DNA of 64,000 nt from an uncultured bacterium (GTDB lineage: Bacteria > Verrucomicrobiota > Kiritimatiellia > PWTM01), in the NCBI GenBank assembly GCA_937139365.1, contig CAKZPT010000090.1:77346-141345 (forward strand). The letters run 5' to 3'. The translations under genes were made by a program, and so were the position numbers. Numbering within the stretch: position 1 is the first letter of the stretch; each line of letters opens with the position of its first letter. This document shows positions 1-8,868 of this stretch, in pieces. The notes under the pieces were generated by a model. The model saw only the letters and a list, made by a program, of their open reading frames with translations. It did no database searches and was not told the DNA's origin.

Positions 1-1245
1 GGCCAGATGGGCCGCGGCCCGCTCAACCTCGTCCACGTTGCTGATCATGGGGTACATGATCCGCACATTCCGGTGGACGCTGGCGCGCAGGATCGCCCGA
101 AGCTGAACCCGGAAGATCTCCGGGCGCGCCAGGCAGAAGCGAATGGCGCGCCAGCCCAGGTACGGGTTGACCTCCTGCGGCATCTTGACCGAGGAGGCGA
201 ACTTGTCCCCCCCGAGGTCGAGCGTGCGGATGATCACCGGCGCGGGGGCCAGCCGCCGCGCCACCTCCTCGTAGGCTCGCGCCTGCTCCATCTCGTCCGG
301 CATGTGGGGGCGGGAGAGATAGAGGAATTCGCTGCGGAAGAGGCCGACGCCCTGCGCGCCGTGGCGGAGCACCGCGTCCACGTCCTGCGGCAGCTCGATG
401 TTTGCGGCGACGACGACCTCGTAGCCGTCGAGGGTACGGGCAGGCTGGTCGCGAAGGCCCTCGAGCCGGGCTCGGGCGGTCTCGCGGGCGCGCGCCAGGG
501 CGCCGTAGCGCTCGAGCGTCGCGGGCGAAGGCCGGACGATGACACGTCCGGTGTGGCCGTCCACCAGGACCCGGTCGCCGGTGGAGATGCGCAGGCTGGC
601 GTCGTGCAGGCCCACGACCGCCGGGATCTCCAGCGCCCGGGCCATGATCGCCGTGTGCGAGGTCGGGCTGCCGAGATCGGTCGCGAAGCCCAGCACGCGG
701 TCGCGCGGCATCGTCGCCGTGTCGGAGGGCGACAGGTCCCCGGCCACCACCACGCACGGCTCGGCCACGCCGCCCAGCTCCGACACAGGCTGCCCGGCGA
801 GGTTCAGCAGGACGCGCCGGGCGACATCGCGCACGTCGGCGGCCCGTTCCCGAAGGTAGTCGTCGTCCATTTGCGCCAGTGCATCGGCGTAGCGCTCCGC
901 GACCTCCTGCAGCACGACCTCGACGTTGACCCGCCGGCTCTGGACGCCGCGCAGGACCTCCTCGACCACGGCACGGTCGTCCACCACCAACAGGTGGGCG
1001 TCGAAGATGCCCGCGCTTTCGCGGTCGAGCGCGCGCTCCACCTTCCGCTGGATCTCGCGCAGCTGGCTGCGGGTGGCGATCAGGGCCTCCTCGAAACGTA
1101 CGATCTCCCGCGGGATCTCCTCCGGATCGAGCTGCCGCTCAACGAAGCGGAGGTCCCGCCGCGTGAGCAGGAACGCCGGGCCGGTCGCCACCCCCGGCGA
1201 CACCCCCACCCCCTGCAGCGTCAGTTCCGCGCCCCCCTCGCTCAC
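1..1245 (-). CDS. ptsI: PEP-protein phosphotransferase enzyme I. Partial: the C-terminal end runs off the window start. The N-terminus is at 1245, with a GTG start.
   Basis: I translated the reverse strand by hand, giving VSEGGAELTLQGVGVSPGVATGPAFLL...GSPTSHTAIMARALEIPAVVG...RSEFLYL...GWRAIR. These are the classic EI N-terminal His domain and PEP-utilizer motifs. The frame is absent from the ORF track because it has no stop inside the window. It lies immediately downstream of ptsH. Confidence 0.85.
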   Translation of the reverse strand, partial: MSEGGAELTLQGVGVSPGVATGPAFLLTRRDLRFVERQLDPEEIPREIVRFEEALIATRSQLREIQRKVERALDRESAGIFDAHLLVVDDRAVVEEVLRGVQSRRVNVEVVLQEVAERYADALAQMDDDYLRERAADVRDVARRVLLNLAGQPVSELGGVAEPCVVVAGDLSPSDTATMPRDRVLGFATDLGSPTSHTAIMARALEIPAVVGLHDASLRISTGDRVLVDGHTGRVIVRPSPATLERYGALARARETARARLEGLRDQPARTLDGYEVVVAANIELPQDVDAVLRHGAQGVGLFRSEFLYLSRPHMPDEMEQARAYEEVARRLAPAPVIIRTLDLGGDKFASSVKMPQEVNPYLGWRAIRFCLARPEIFRVQLRAILRASVHRNVRIMYPMISNVDEVERAAAHLA

Positions 1246-1248
1246 GAC

Positions 1249-1521
1249 CTACTCCTCGTGGAACTTCAGATCGAACAGCTCGGCCACCGCCGCAACGGCC
1301 TCGGCGGCGTCCTCACCGCGGGCGCGCACGCGGACCTGCGCGCCGTGCTCGCAGCCGAGCGTCAGCACCCCCATGATGCTCTTGGCCGACACCGCGACGC
1401 CGTCCTTCACCAGTTCCACGTTCGCGCGGAAACGGCTGGCCATCTTCACCAGCAGCGCCGCCGGCCGCGCATGCATGCCGAACCGGTTGAGGACCACGAC
1501 GTCGCGGACCGCCTCGCCGAC
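1249..1521 (-). CDS. ptsH: Phosphocarrier protein HPr. The start is uncertain; the track ORF begins at 1608 but would overlap hprK.
   Basis: GMHARPAALLVKMASRF...SAKSIMGVLTLG...GEDAAEAV. This is the HPr active-site His15 motif (HARPA) and the Ser46 region (KSIMG). The expected length is about 85 to 90 aa. Confidence 0.7.
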   Translation of the reverse strand, partial: VGEAVRDVVVLNRFGMHARPAALLVKMASRFRANVELVKDGVAVSAKSIMGVLTLGCEHGAQVRVRARGEDAAEAVAAVAELFDLKFHEE

Positions 1522-1537
1522 GGACTGTGGACCGGTC

Positions 1538-2485
1538 TCAGTCACCGCTGCGAATCCTCTCCGCGCCCAGCCGCTCCATGATCCGCTGATCCAGCTCCTT
1601 GGCCGCATCGTGGCCCAGCTGGCGCAACCGGAAGTTCAGCGCCGCCGCCTCGACGATCAGGCTGATGTCGCGCCCCGCCACCACGGGGATGCGAAAGAAC
1701 GGAATCGGCACCCCCAGCACGTCGCGGCTGCCCTGATCCAGACCCGTGCGCTCCTCCTCCTCCGGGCCCAGCGCGCGTTCCAGCCGGACGATCATGTCCA
1801 GCCGCTTCTCCCGCCGCACCGACGTCACCCCGTACAGGCTCGGCACGTGGATGATCCCCAAGCCCCGGATCTCCATGTGAAACCGCGTGATGTCCGATGC
1901 CGTGCCGAACACCTCGCCGAGGCTTGAGCGCCGCAGCTCGACCAGGTCGTCCGCGACGAGGCTGTGGCCGCGGGCGACCAGCCCCAGCGCCGTCTCGCTC
2001 TTGCCGACCCCCGGCGGCCCTTCGATGATAACGCCGATGCCCATGATGTCCACCATCGTCCCCTGGTAGCGCTGGCGGGGAGCGGTGAGGTCCTCGATCA
2101 GCACCGCGGCCAGTTGGACGAACCGGCCGGTGATCAGCTGGCTGCGGAGGATCGGCACGCGGAACTCGCGAGCCATCTGCCGGATCTCGCGCACAGGGCG
2201 GATGCTCCGAGCGAACACCAGGCAGGGGATCTCCGCCTCGAAAAACGCCCGGATCCGGGCCACGCGTTCCTCCGGCGACAACCCCTTGAGGTACGTCAGC
2301 TCCGCCAGCCCGATCACCTGGATGCGGCGGTGCGCGAAATAGCGCAGGAATCCCGCCAGCGCCAAGCCCGGCCGGTTGATCGCCGGCTCGGGCACCGCCC
2401 GGTCCAGGTGTTCCCCGCCCTGAAATACGTCGAGCTCGAGCACGACGCGCCCGGCCTCCAGGAACTGGCGGACCGTCAGGCTCAT
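1538..2485 (-). CDS. hprK: HPr kinase/phosphorylase
   Basis: The Walker A motif GPPGVGKSE is followed by LVADDLVEL, the HprK signature. It is 315 aa. There is a 4-nt ATGA overlap with the stop of hpf. Confidence 0.9.
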   Translation of the reverse strand: MSLTVRQFLEAGRVVLELDVFQGGEHLDRAVPEPAINRPGLALAGFLRYFAHRRIQVIGLAELTYLKGLSPEERVARIRAFFEAEIPCLVFARSIRPVREIRQMAREFRVPILRSQLITGRFVQLAAVLIEDLTAPRQRYQGTMVDIMGIGVIIEGPPGVGKSETALGLVARGHSLVADDLVELRRSSLGEVFGTASDITRFHMEIRGLGIIHVPSLYGVTSVRREKRLDMIVRLERALGPEEEERTGLDQGSRDVLGVPIPFFRIPVVAGRDISLIVEAAALNFRLRQLGHDAAKELDQRIMERLGAERIRSGD

Positions 2486-2823
2486 TCCATCTCCGCGGCG
2501 CCGCCGGCGGCCCGGCGGGCCGGTCGGTCGGCCTTGTGCTCGTGCCGCCGTTCAAACCATTTCCGGATCTGAAGCTCGACGTGGTCCACCGCCTGGTCGA
2601 TGGACTGGTACATGTCGGCCGACTCGCGGCGCGACTCGACCGGCCCGTGGTGAGGCACGTGCACCACGACCTCGGCGATGTGCCGGTGCTTCTCCACCAT
2701 CAACACGACGTGCGCGTCCTGCAGCCGCGGAAACTCGCCCAGCCGCGCGCGCATTCGCTGCTCGACGTGGTCGCGAAGCGCGTCCGTGACCTCCACGTGG
2801 CGTCCGGTGATCGAGATCCTCAT
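2482..2823 (-). CDS. hpf: Ribosome hibernation promoting factor (sigma-54 modulation protein family), 113 aa
   Basis: MRISITGRHVEVTDALRDHVEQRMRARL...AEVVVHV... is a typical RaiA/HPF N-terminus. An AGGAG Shine-Dalgarno sits upstream of the ATG at 2823. The track ORF extends spuriously upstream. Confidence 0.85.
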   Translation of the reverse strand: MRISITGRHVEVTDALRDHVEQRMRARLGEFPRLQDAHVVLMVEKHRHIAEVVVHVPHHGPVESRRESADMYQSIDQAVDHVELQIRKWFERRHEHKADRPARRAAGGAAEME

Positions 2824-2849
2824 CGGTGGCTCCTTTCCATGGGGTGGTC

Positions 2850-3584
2850 CTACATGCTGAACCTCGGCCCCAGATACAGTTCGCGGCTGACGGGGTCGTG
2901 GATCAGGAACTCGCTGGTGCCCTCCCGCAACACCCGCCCCTCGCAGATGAGGTAGGCCCGGTCCACCACCGCCAGCGTCTCTCGGACGTTGTGGTCGGTG
3001 ATGAGGATGCCCAGCCCGCGCTGCTTCAGGTTCATCACGATCTGCTGCACGTCGTAGACCGCCAGCGGATCCACGCCGCTGAACGGCTCGTCGAGCAAGA
3101 TCAGCGAGGGATTGGTCACCAACGCCCGCGTGATCTCTAGGCGCCGCCGTTCCCCGCCGCTGAGCGTGAAGGCCTTCTGGCCGGCGAGATGGCCGATCCG
3201 CAGGTCGCCCAGCAGGTGCTCCAGACGCAGCCGTCGCTCGCGCGCCGTCATCGGCAGCGTCTCGAGGATCGCCATCACGTTCTCGGCCACCGTTAGGTGT
3301 CGGAAGACCGATGGCTCCTGTGCCAGGTAACCCATGCCCATGCGCGCCCGCTGGTACATCGGCCGCCGCGTCACGTCCCGGCCCTCGAACCACACCCGGC
3401 CCGCCGTCGGCCGGATCAGCCCGATGATCATGTAAAACGTCGTGGTCTTCCCCGCGCCGTTGGGGCCGAGCAGGCCCACGATCTCGCCCGGGGCAACCGA
3501 GATCTCCACGCCGTCCACGACGCGCCGCCGGCGGTACTCCTTGACCAGCCCATCGGTCCGCACCAATGCCGCGCCGGCCACCAT
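2850..3584 (-). CDS. lptB: LPS export ABC transporter ATP-binding protein
   Basis: GLLGPNGAGKTT (Walker A), LSGGERRRLEI (ABC signature), ILLDEPFSGVD (Walker B). The position next to lptA/lptC supports the call. Confidence 0.9.
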   Translation of the reverse strand: MVAGAALVRTDGLVKEYRRRRVVDGVEISVAPGEIVGLLGPNGAGKTTTFYMIIGLIRPTAGRVWFEGRDVTRRPMYQRARMGMGYLAQEPSVFRHLTVAENVMAILETLPMTARERRLRLEHLLGDLRIGHLAGQKAFTLSGGERRRLEITRALVTNPSLILLDEPFSGVDPLAVYDVQQIVMNLKQRGLGILITDHNVRETLAVVDRAYLICEGRVLREGTSEFLIHDPVSRELYLGPRFSM

Positions 3585-3586
3585 GG

Positions 3587-4147
3587 CTACCGCAACCCCT
3601 TCAGGAAGTCGCTTTTGCGGCTCGCGTCGGGCTGGATGATCAACCGAGCATTGGGATAACACTCCAGCCGATCCTGGCCGCGCCAGAACGTGATGCGATC
3701 GCCGGTCATCATGTCGCGGCCGCGCAGGATTCGCGGATCGCCCTCGAGCACGAACTTGCCCTCGGCCACGTCGTAGGTGGCGCGGTCCGCCCAGGCGTGC
3801 TTGTCCGCCTGGCTGATCACGACGCGGCCCGTCGCCACGATCTGCTTGACTTGGTTCGACCCGGCCATCTCGATCCGCATGCGGTCGGCCTTCATCTTCA
3901 CGTCAGGGTCGCTGATGACCACTGAGCCATCCAGTTCGATGAGCTGCCGCCGGCCGTCGTAGACGAGGCGATCGGAGGTGATCACCGTGAGGTCGCCGAA
4001 CTCCGGCACGTCGGCCGTCGGGCTGGACACGGCCGCTGCGGCTGGCGCCGCGGCCGTGGGGCCGGCTGGCGGCAGGCTCCGCGTCTGCGACCACGCGGCC
4101 ATCGTAAGGAGGCCGGCCGCCACCACACCACCCCAGCGCCGCCTCAC
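3587..4147 (-). CDS. lptA: LptA-like (OstA N-terminal domain) periplasmic LPS transport protein with signal peptide
   Basis: Signal peptide RRRWGGVVAAGLLTMAAWS. The mature part, ...DRMRIEMAGSNQVKQIVATGRVVISQADKHAWADRATYDVAEGKFVLEGD..., is an OstA/LptA beta-jellyroll. The GTG start forms a GTGA overlap with the lptC stop. Confidence 0.7.
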   Translation of the reverse strand: MRRRWGGVVAAGLLTMAAWSQTRSLPPAGPTAAAPAAAAVSSPTADVPEFGDLTVITSDRLVYDGRRQLIELDGSVVISDPDVKMKADRMRIEMAGSNQVKQIVATGRVVISQADKHAWADRATYDVAEGKFVLEGDPRILRGRDMMTGDRITFWRGQDRLECYPNARLIIQPDASRKSDFLKGLR

Positions 4148-4611
4148 GGCCCGCCTCCCGTCCCGCCGGCCGCCGCCCGCAGGTCCGCCGGCAGGCTCCG
4201 ACGGACGTCGCGCAGCACCACGCGCGCGTTGGTCAGGATCATGAACCTCTGCTGCCGATGGTCGTACCGATAATGATGGCCGGTGATCACGGCGCCGCCC
4301 CGCACGATCCGGACCGTCGAGGTGGACTGCGCCACGCCGGTGCGCCGGTGGTAGACGCAATGAGGCGACGTGATCCGCGTCTCCACCTCGCCGCCGCGGT
4401 AGAATTCGACTTTCACGTTCTGAAGCTCGATTAGGTCGGGCGACACCATGGCGGCGTGGTCGCCGAACAACTGGGATCGCAGCGTGCCGTCGTCGTCGTA
4501 GTCGGGAATTCGAAATCCCTCCATCCGGCCGCCAGGCTGGAGCTGGCCCAGCGCGGCCAGCGCCGCCACCGCCAGCATCACCGCGCCGGTTCGTGCCGCG
4601 CCGCGAGTCAT
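4144..4611 (-). CDS. lptC: LptC-like membrane-anchored LPS export protein
   Basis: An N-terminal anchor MTRGAARTGAVMLAVAALAAL is followed by a small beta domain. It is called from its position between kdsA and lptA. There is an ATGA overlap with the kdsA stop. Confidence 0.6.
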   Translation of the reverse strand: MTRGAARTGAVMLAVAALAALGQLQPGGRMEGFRIPDYDDDGTLRSQLFGDHAAMVSPDLIELQNVKVEFYRGGEVETRITSPHCVYHRRTGVAQSTSTVRIVRGGAVITGHHYRYDHRQQRFMILTNARVVLRDVRRSLPADLRAAAGGTGGGP

Positions 4612-5459
4612 GCGCGTCTCCGCCCCGGCCGCGCCGGCGTCCGCACGGCCCGGTCGATCGCGGTCAGCCGCGCCCACAGGGCCGGCAGATCGCGCAACGG
4701 CAGAGAGTTGGGCCCGTCCGAAAGCGCGCGCCGCGGATCGGGATGCGTCTCGACGAAGACGCCGTCGCAGCCGGCCGCCACGGCCGCGCGTGCCAGCGCC
4801 GGCGCCAGCGCGCCGTCGCCGCCGGAACGATCCCCCGCCCCGCCCGGCCGCTGGACGCTGTGCGTGGCGTCGAAGATCACCGGCCAGCCGGTCTCCTTCA
4901 TCCAGACCAGACCGCGCATGTCCACCACCAGGTTGTTGTAGCCGAAGGTCGTTCCCCGCTCCGTCAGAAGGATCCGCCGGCCGCCCGCCGACTCGATTTT
5001 TTCGATCGTCGGCCGCAGGTCCCACGGCGCGAGAAACTGTCCCTTTTTCACGTTCACCGCGCGGCCGGTCCGGGCCGCCGCAACGACGAGATCCGTCTGA
5101 CGGCACAGGAACGCCGGGATCTGCAGCACGTCCGCCACCTCCGCCGCGGCGGCCGCCTGCGCGGGCTCGTGGATGTCGGTCAGCACCGGCAGGCCGTGGC
5201 GCCGTTTGACCTCGGCGAGGATCTCGAGCCCCGCCTCCAACCCCGGCCCCCGATAGGATCGGATCGAGGTGCGGTTGGCCTTGTCGTACGATGCTTTGAA
5301 GATCAACGGTACACCCGTCCGGTCGGCCCAATCGGCCAGACGCGCTGCGATCTCAAGGCAACTCCGCCGGCTCTCGATAACGCACGGGCCGGCGATCAAC
5401 ACCACGGGATGGCCCCCACCGACGACCACCGGTCCGATCCGAATCGCGCGCCCCGTCAT
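4608..5459 (-). CDS. kdsA: 2-dehydro-3-deoxyphosphooctonate aldolase (KDO-8-phosphate synthase)
   Basis: GPCVIESR...PLIFKASYDKANRTS...VNVKKGQF...PVIFDATHSVQ...GCDGVFVETHPDP is a full-length KdsA with its signature motifs. Confidence 0.9.
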   Translation of the reverse strand: MTGRAIRIGPVVVGGGHPVVLIAGPCVIESRRSCLEIAARLADWADRTGVPLIFKASYDKANRTSIRSYRGPGLEAGLEILAEVKRRHGLPVLTDIHEPAQAAAAAEVADVLQIPAFLCRQTDLVVAAARTGRAVNVKKGQFLAPWDLRPTIEKIESAGGRRILLTERGTTFGYNNLVVDMRGLVWMKETGWPVIFDATHSVQRPGGAGDRSGGDGALAPALARAAVAAGCDGVFVETHPDPRRALSDGPNSLPLRDLPALWARLTAIDRAVRTPARPGRRRA

Positions 5460-5598
5460 TCCGCCGCCAGTCTATCGGCCGCCGCCTGCGATTTCCAGTC
5501 CGCCGCTTCGCGTGCCCCACGGCCGTGGCCCGCCGCGCTGCGGTGGGCAGGCCCCCATCCTCCGCTCCTTTCCCCTCCTGATCAGTCCTCGAGTCCTC

Positions 5599-5854
5599 GG
5601 GGACAGGCACGAAGAACTCATGGGGGACGAGGCAGGCAGACCAAAACCGGTCGGGAAAAGCTCGAGTCGCACACGCGTCGAGCCAACCGCCATCGTCGCC
5701 GGCCGATGCGGCCACCCCAATCGAAAACGGCCCCTGACATGATCCCTCCGGAAGGACAGGCACGAGGAGCCGGGCATGGAAAAAACAAGGGAACAACCGA
5801 TTTCAGATGGCGATGACTCGCGGGGACAGGCACGAAAACAGGCACGAAAACATG
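5599..5854 (+). repeat. Four direct copies of a GGACAGGCACGA-like element. Each is followed within about 5 to 10 nt by CATG(G).
   Basis: Copies lie at about 5601-5614 (GGACAGGCACGAAG), 5753-5766, 5824-5835 and 5839-5851, the last being an internal CAGGCACGAAAAC duplication. All are in the kdsA/serA divergent intergenic region. Confidence 0.6.
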
Positions 5855-5992
5855 TAGGCAAGCCCGCTGACGGCACCCTCGCCCGAATTCGTTTAGCTGC
5901 TCGTTATGTGACGAGATTGCTTGATATTGTGACGATGGTCACGACAAAGTGCTTGCCAAGCACAAAAGGTCCAGTGTAGAGTCCTCGCAAAG

Positions 5993-6074
5993 GTTCCAAA
6001 CATTGGAGCCTAGGTCAGCCGAAAGTTCCAAACCTTGGAACCCCAGCTTGCATGTAGTTCCAATCTTTGGAAGT
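5993..6074. promoter_or_regulatory. Three tandem 7-3-7 palindromes, TTCCAA-N3-TTGGAA, spaced about 30-31 bp apart, 60-140 bp upstream of serA
   Basis: GGTTCCAAacaTTGGAGCC (5993-6011), GTTCCAAaccTTGGAAC (perfect, about 6026-6042) and GTTCCAAtctTTGGAAG (about 6056-6072). Spacing of about three helical turns suggests operators on the same DNA face. Confidence 0.5.
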
Positions 6075-6132
6075 TTCTAGCGGCCGGCAGGTGATGACGT
6101 TCGGGCGGACGGACGCTCACGGAGGCGATGCG

Positions 6133-7725
6133 ATGAAGAAGAAGGTGCTGATCCCGACGAAGCTCGATCGGATCGCAGCGGACATCCTCGCAAGACATGG
6201 CGGCTACGAGGTGGTGCAGGATGATACCGTCGGCTCGGACGAAGATCTCCTGCGTCTGGCGTCGCAACATCCCGACGCCTACGCGCTGATCGTGCGCAGT
6301 GAGCGGGTGACGCCGCAGGTGATCGACGCCGTGCCGGGCCTGAAGGTGATCATCCGCGCTGGGGCGGGGGTCAACACGATCGACACACGATACGCACGCC
6401 GGAGGGGAATCGATGTGATGAACACGCCCGGCGCCAACGCCAACGCCGTCGCCGAGGAGGTCATCGCGTTGGTGCTGGCGGACATGCGCCAGATCCTGCA
6501 AGCCGATCCCTCCTGCCGGGCCGGTCGCTGGGAAAAGAAGGCGTTCATGGGGCGCGAACTGGCCGGGAAGACCGTCGGCATTGTTGGCCTTGGCGCCATC
6601 GGGCGGCTTCTGGCCCGCCGCCTCAGCGGGTTCGACTGCCGCCTCCTGGGCTATGATCCCTTCGTTTCGCCCGACCTGGCCGCCGAGGTCGGCGTCACTC
6701 TGACCGACCTGCCGGCGTTGTTCGCCGAATCGGACGTCGTCAGCCTCCACCTGCCCGAAAACGAAACCACCCGCGGCATGGTGAACCGGGACCTGCTCGG
6801 CCGGATGAAGAGCGGGGCGATCCTCGTGAACTGCGCCCGCGCCGGCATCCTCGTCGAAGCCGACCTGCGCGCGATCAAGGCGGAGAAACAACTGCGGTTC
6901 CTCAACGACGTCTACCCCAAGGACGTCGAGGGTCCCAAGTCCGTCGCGGACATCGCCGACCTGATGATGCCGCATCTGGGCGCCAGCACGCGCGAGGCCA
7001 ATCAGATGGCCGCCCGCCGCGCTGCAGAGCAGCTCATCGAGTTCGACGACAAGGGCATCACCTCCTACATCGTGAACCGCGACATCCCCGAGGGGCTCGA
7101 CCGCTCGTTCGCGGACCTCGCCTTCCGCCTGACGCGGCTGTGCCGGGCGCTGGCCGGCCCCGACCGGCCGCTGAAGATGATCGAGACCAGCTTCTACGGC
7201 AGCCTCAAGCCGTTCGCGAACTACCTGATCGTCCCGATCGTCGCGGCGCTGGACGAATCGTTCGACCGCTCGATGGACCCGGGCGCCGCCCGTCGACTCC
7301 TGGCGGAGCGCGGCATCGAGTACGTGGACCGCGTGACGGACGACCGCAAGGGATACCAGAACTCGATCACGGTGGACCTGACCGTGGACCGCGGCGGCGG
7401 CGCCCTTCAGCGCACCAGCGTTCGCGGGACCGTGACGGAAGGAGCCCTGATGGTCTCCCGCGTGGACGATTTCCATAAACTCTATTTCGAGCCGAGCGGC
7501 CACCTGGTCGCGTTCGCTTACGCCGACCGGCCGGGCGTGATGGGGCAGATCGGTGCCATGCTGGCGCAGGCCGGCATCAACATCGACGATATCCGCAACC
7601 CCCACGATTCGACCGGGGCCAACTCCATCGCGATCCTGAAGGTCAATCAGCCCGTCCCGGCCGACACGGTCCGCCAAATCGCGGATCGGATCCAAGCCAC
7701 GGTGAGCTGCGCGGTCACACTCTGA
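6133..7725 (+). CDS. serA: D-3-phosphoglycerate dehydrogenase with C-terminal ACT domain
   Basis: Rossmann motif GIVGLGAIG. It has 2-hydroxyacid dehydrogenase catalytic and nucleotide-binding domains and a C-terminal ACT regulatory domain. The likely start is MKKKVLIP, which has a GGAGG Shine-Dalgarno. The track ORF starts at 6067. Confidence 0.9.
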   Translation: MKKKVLIPTKLDRIAADILARHGGYEVVQDDTVGSDEDLLRLASQHPDAYALIVRSERVTPQVIDAVPGLKVIIRAGAGVNTIDTRYARRRGIDVMNTPGANANAVAEEVIALVLADMRQILQADPSCRAGRWEKKAFMGRELAGKTVGIVGLGAIGRLLARRLSGFDCRLLGYDPFVSPDLAAEVGVTLTDLPALFAESDVVSLHLPENETTRGMVNRDLLGRMKSGAILVNCARAGILVEADLRAIKAEKQLRFLNDVYPKDVEGPKSVADIADLMMPHLGASTREANQMAARRAAEQLIEFDDKGITSYIVNRDIPEGLDRSFADLAFRLTRLCRALAGPDRPLKMIETSFYGSLKPFANYLIVPIVAALDESFDRSMDPGAARRLLAERGIEYVDRVTDDRKGYQNSITVDLTVDRGGGALQRTSVRGTVTEGALMVSRVDDFHKLYFEPSGHLVAFAYADRPGVMGQIGAMLAQAGINIDDIRNPHDSTGANSIAILKVNQPVPADTVRQIADRIQATVSCAVTL

Positions 7726-7835
7726 GTCGGCGAGGCGGCGCCAGTCGCATCCGCACGGCGGGGGGCTGGCGCCCTCTTTCCGCTGGGGCGCCGAGAGGTT
7801 TGACAGGGCTGGGAGGGTGCGGTAGCGTACCCTCG

Positions 7836-7899
7836 GCAGTGCGCGTTTTCCCTGGGTTCCCCACCCAACCTCCTTGGCGCGCACTGCTTTTTGTTTTTG
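7836..7899 (+). terminator. Putative intrinsic terminator of serA
   Basis: A perfect 10-bp inverted repeat, GCAGTGCGCG (7836-7845) and CGCGCACTGC (7878-7887), followed by TTTTTGTTTTTG. The loop is unusually long, about 32 nt. Confidence 0.45.
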
Positions 7900-7911
7900 T
7901 CGGCACCGTGA

Positions 7912-8868
7912 CTAACCGATGCCCTCGAAGAGCACGGTCGAGAGGTACCGCTCGCCCGCGTCGGGAAGCACCACGACGATCGTCTTGCCGGCTGCGGCCT
8001 CTTCGCGCGCCACGCGCAGCGCCGCCGCGACCGCCGCGCCGCAGGAGATGCCGCCGAGGATCCCCTCGTCGCGCGCCAGCCGCCGCGCACACTCCACGGC
8101 CTCGGCGCTGTCCACCTGCTCGACGCGGTCCACAAGCGAAAGGTCCAGGACGTCCGGGATGAAGCCCGCGCCGATGCCCTGAATCTTGTGCGGGCCGGGC
8201 TTCAGCTCCTGGCCGGCCAGCTTCTGCGAGATCACCGGGCTTTCGCGCGGCTCGACGGCGATCGACACCAGCGGGCGGCCGAGCGTCTTCTTGATGTAGC
8301 GCGACACGCCGGTGATGGTTCCGCCGGTCCCGACGCCCGAGACCAGGAAATCGACCTGTCCCCCGGTGTCGTTCCAGATCTCGGGGCCGGTGGTGGTCTC
8401 GTGGATGCGCGGATTGGCGGGGTTTTTGAACTGCTGCGGCATGAAGTAGCGCCCGGGATCGGAGGCCGCGATCTCCTCGGCGCGCCGGACGGCGCCGCGC
8501 ATGCCCTCGGCGCCGGGCGTGAGCACCAGCCGCGCGCCGAACATGGCGAGAACGCGCCGGCGTTCGAGGCTCATCGTCTCGGGCATCGTCAACGTCAGCG
8601 GATACCCGCGGGCGGCGCAGACGTACGCCAGCGCGATGCCCGTGTTGCCGCTCGTCGGCTCGATGATCTCCATGCCCGGCTTCAACACGCCGCGCTTCTC
8701 GGCGTCCCACACCATGGCGGCGCCGATGCGGCACTTCACCGAGTAGGCCGGGTTGCGGCCCTCGATCTTCGCCAGCACCGTCGCTTTGAGGCCCGCCGCT
8801 AAGCGGTTGAGCCGCACCAGCGGCGTGCGCCCGATGGATTCCGAATTGTCGGCGTAGATCTGACTCAT
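7912..8868 (-). CDS. cysK: Cysteine synthase A (O-acetylserine sulfhydrylase)
   Basis: The PLP-lysine motif is in [17 protein letters not shown] and [10 protein letters not shown] are the glycine-rich loops of the fold-type II family. The real start is MSQIYADN at 8868; the track ORF is extended upstream. Confidence 0.9.
   Translation of the reverse strand: MSQIYADNSESIGRTPLVRLNRLAAGLKATVLAKIEGRNPAYSVKCRIGAAMVWDAEKRGVLKPGMEIIEPTSGNTGIALAYVCAARGYPLTLTMPETMSLERRRVLAMFGARLVLTPGAEGMRGAVRRAEEIAASDPGRYFMPQQFKNPANPRIHETTTGPEIWNDTGGQVDFLVSGVGTGGTITGVSRYIKKTLGRPLVSIAVEPRESPVISQKLAGQELKPGPHKIQGIGAGFIPDVLDLSLVDRVEQVDSAEAVECARRLARDEGILGGISCGAAVAAALRVAREEAAAGKTIVVVLPDAGERYLSTVLFEGIG

Noticed and set aside
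7-1927. Long plus-strand ORFs (7..1581, 524 aa; 926..1927, 333 aa) covering the ptsI/ptsH region
   Set aside because: They are antisense to the genuine ptsI and ptsH genes, which have strong motif support. The predicted proteins are Arg/Gly/Ala/Pro-rich low-complexity sequences typical of shadow ORFs in a 67% GC genome.
5776-5979. 67-aa ORF (MEKTREQPISDGDDSRGQARKQARKHV...) and a 40-aa ORF at 5622-5744 as real small proteins
   Set aside because: They start after copies of the GGACAGGCACGA repeat, but a third copy is followed by ATG-TAG (one codon). The repeat is more likely a DNA/RNA-level element than a set of gene starts. These ORFs are kept only as a possibility under the repeat finding.
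6010-7884. 624-aa minus-strand ORF overlapping serA
   Set aside because: It is antisense to serA, which has a clear Rossmann fold, an ACT domain and a Shine-Dalgarno. The ORF has no recognisable domains and a biased R/G/A/D composition.
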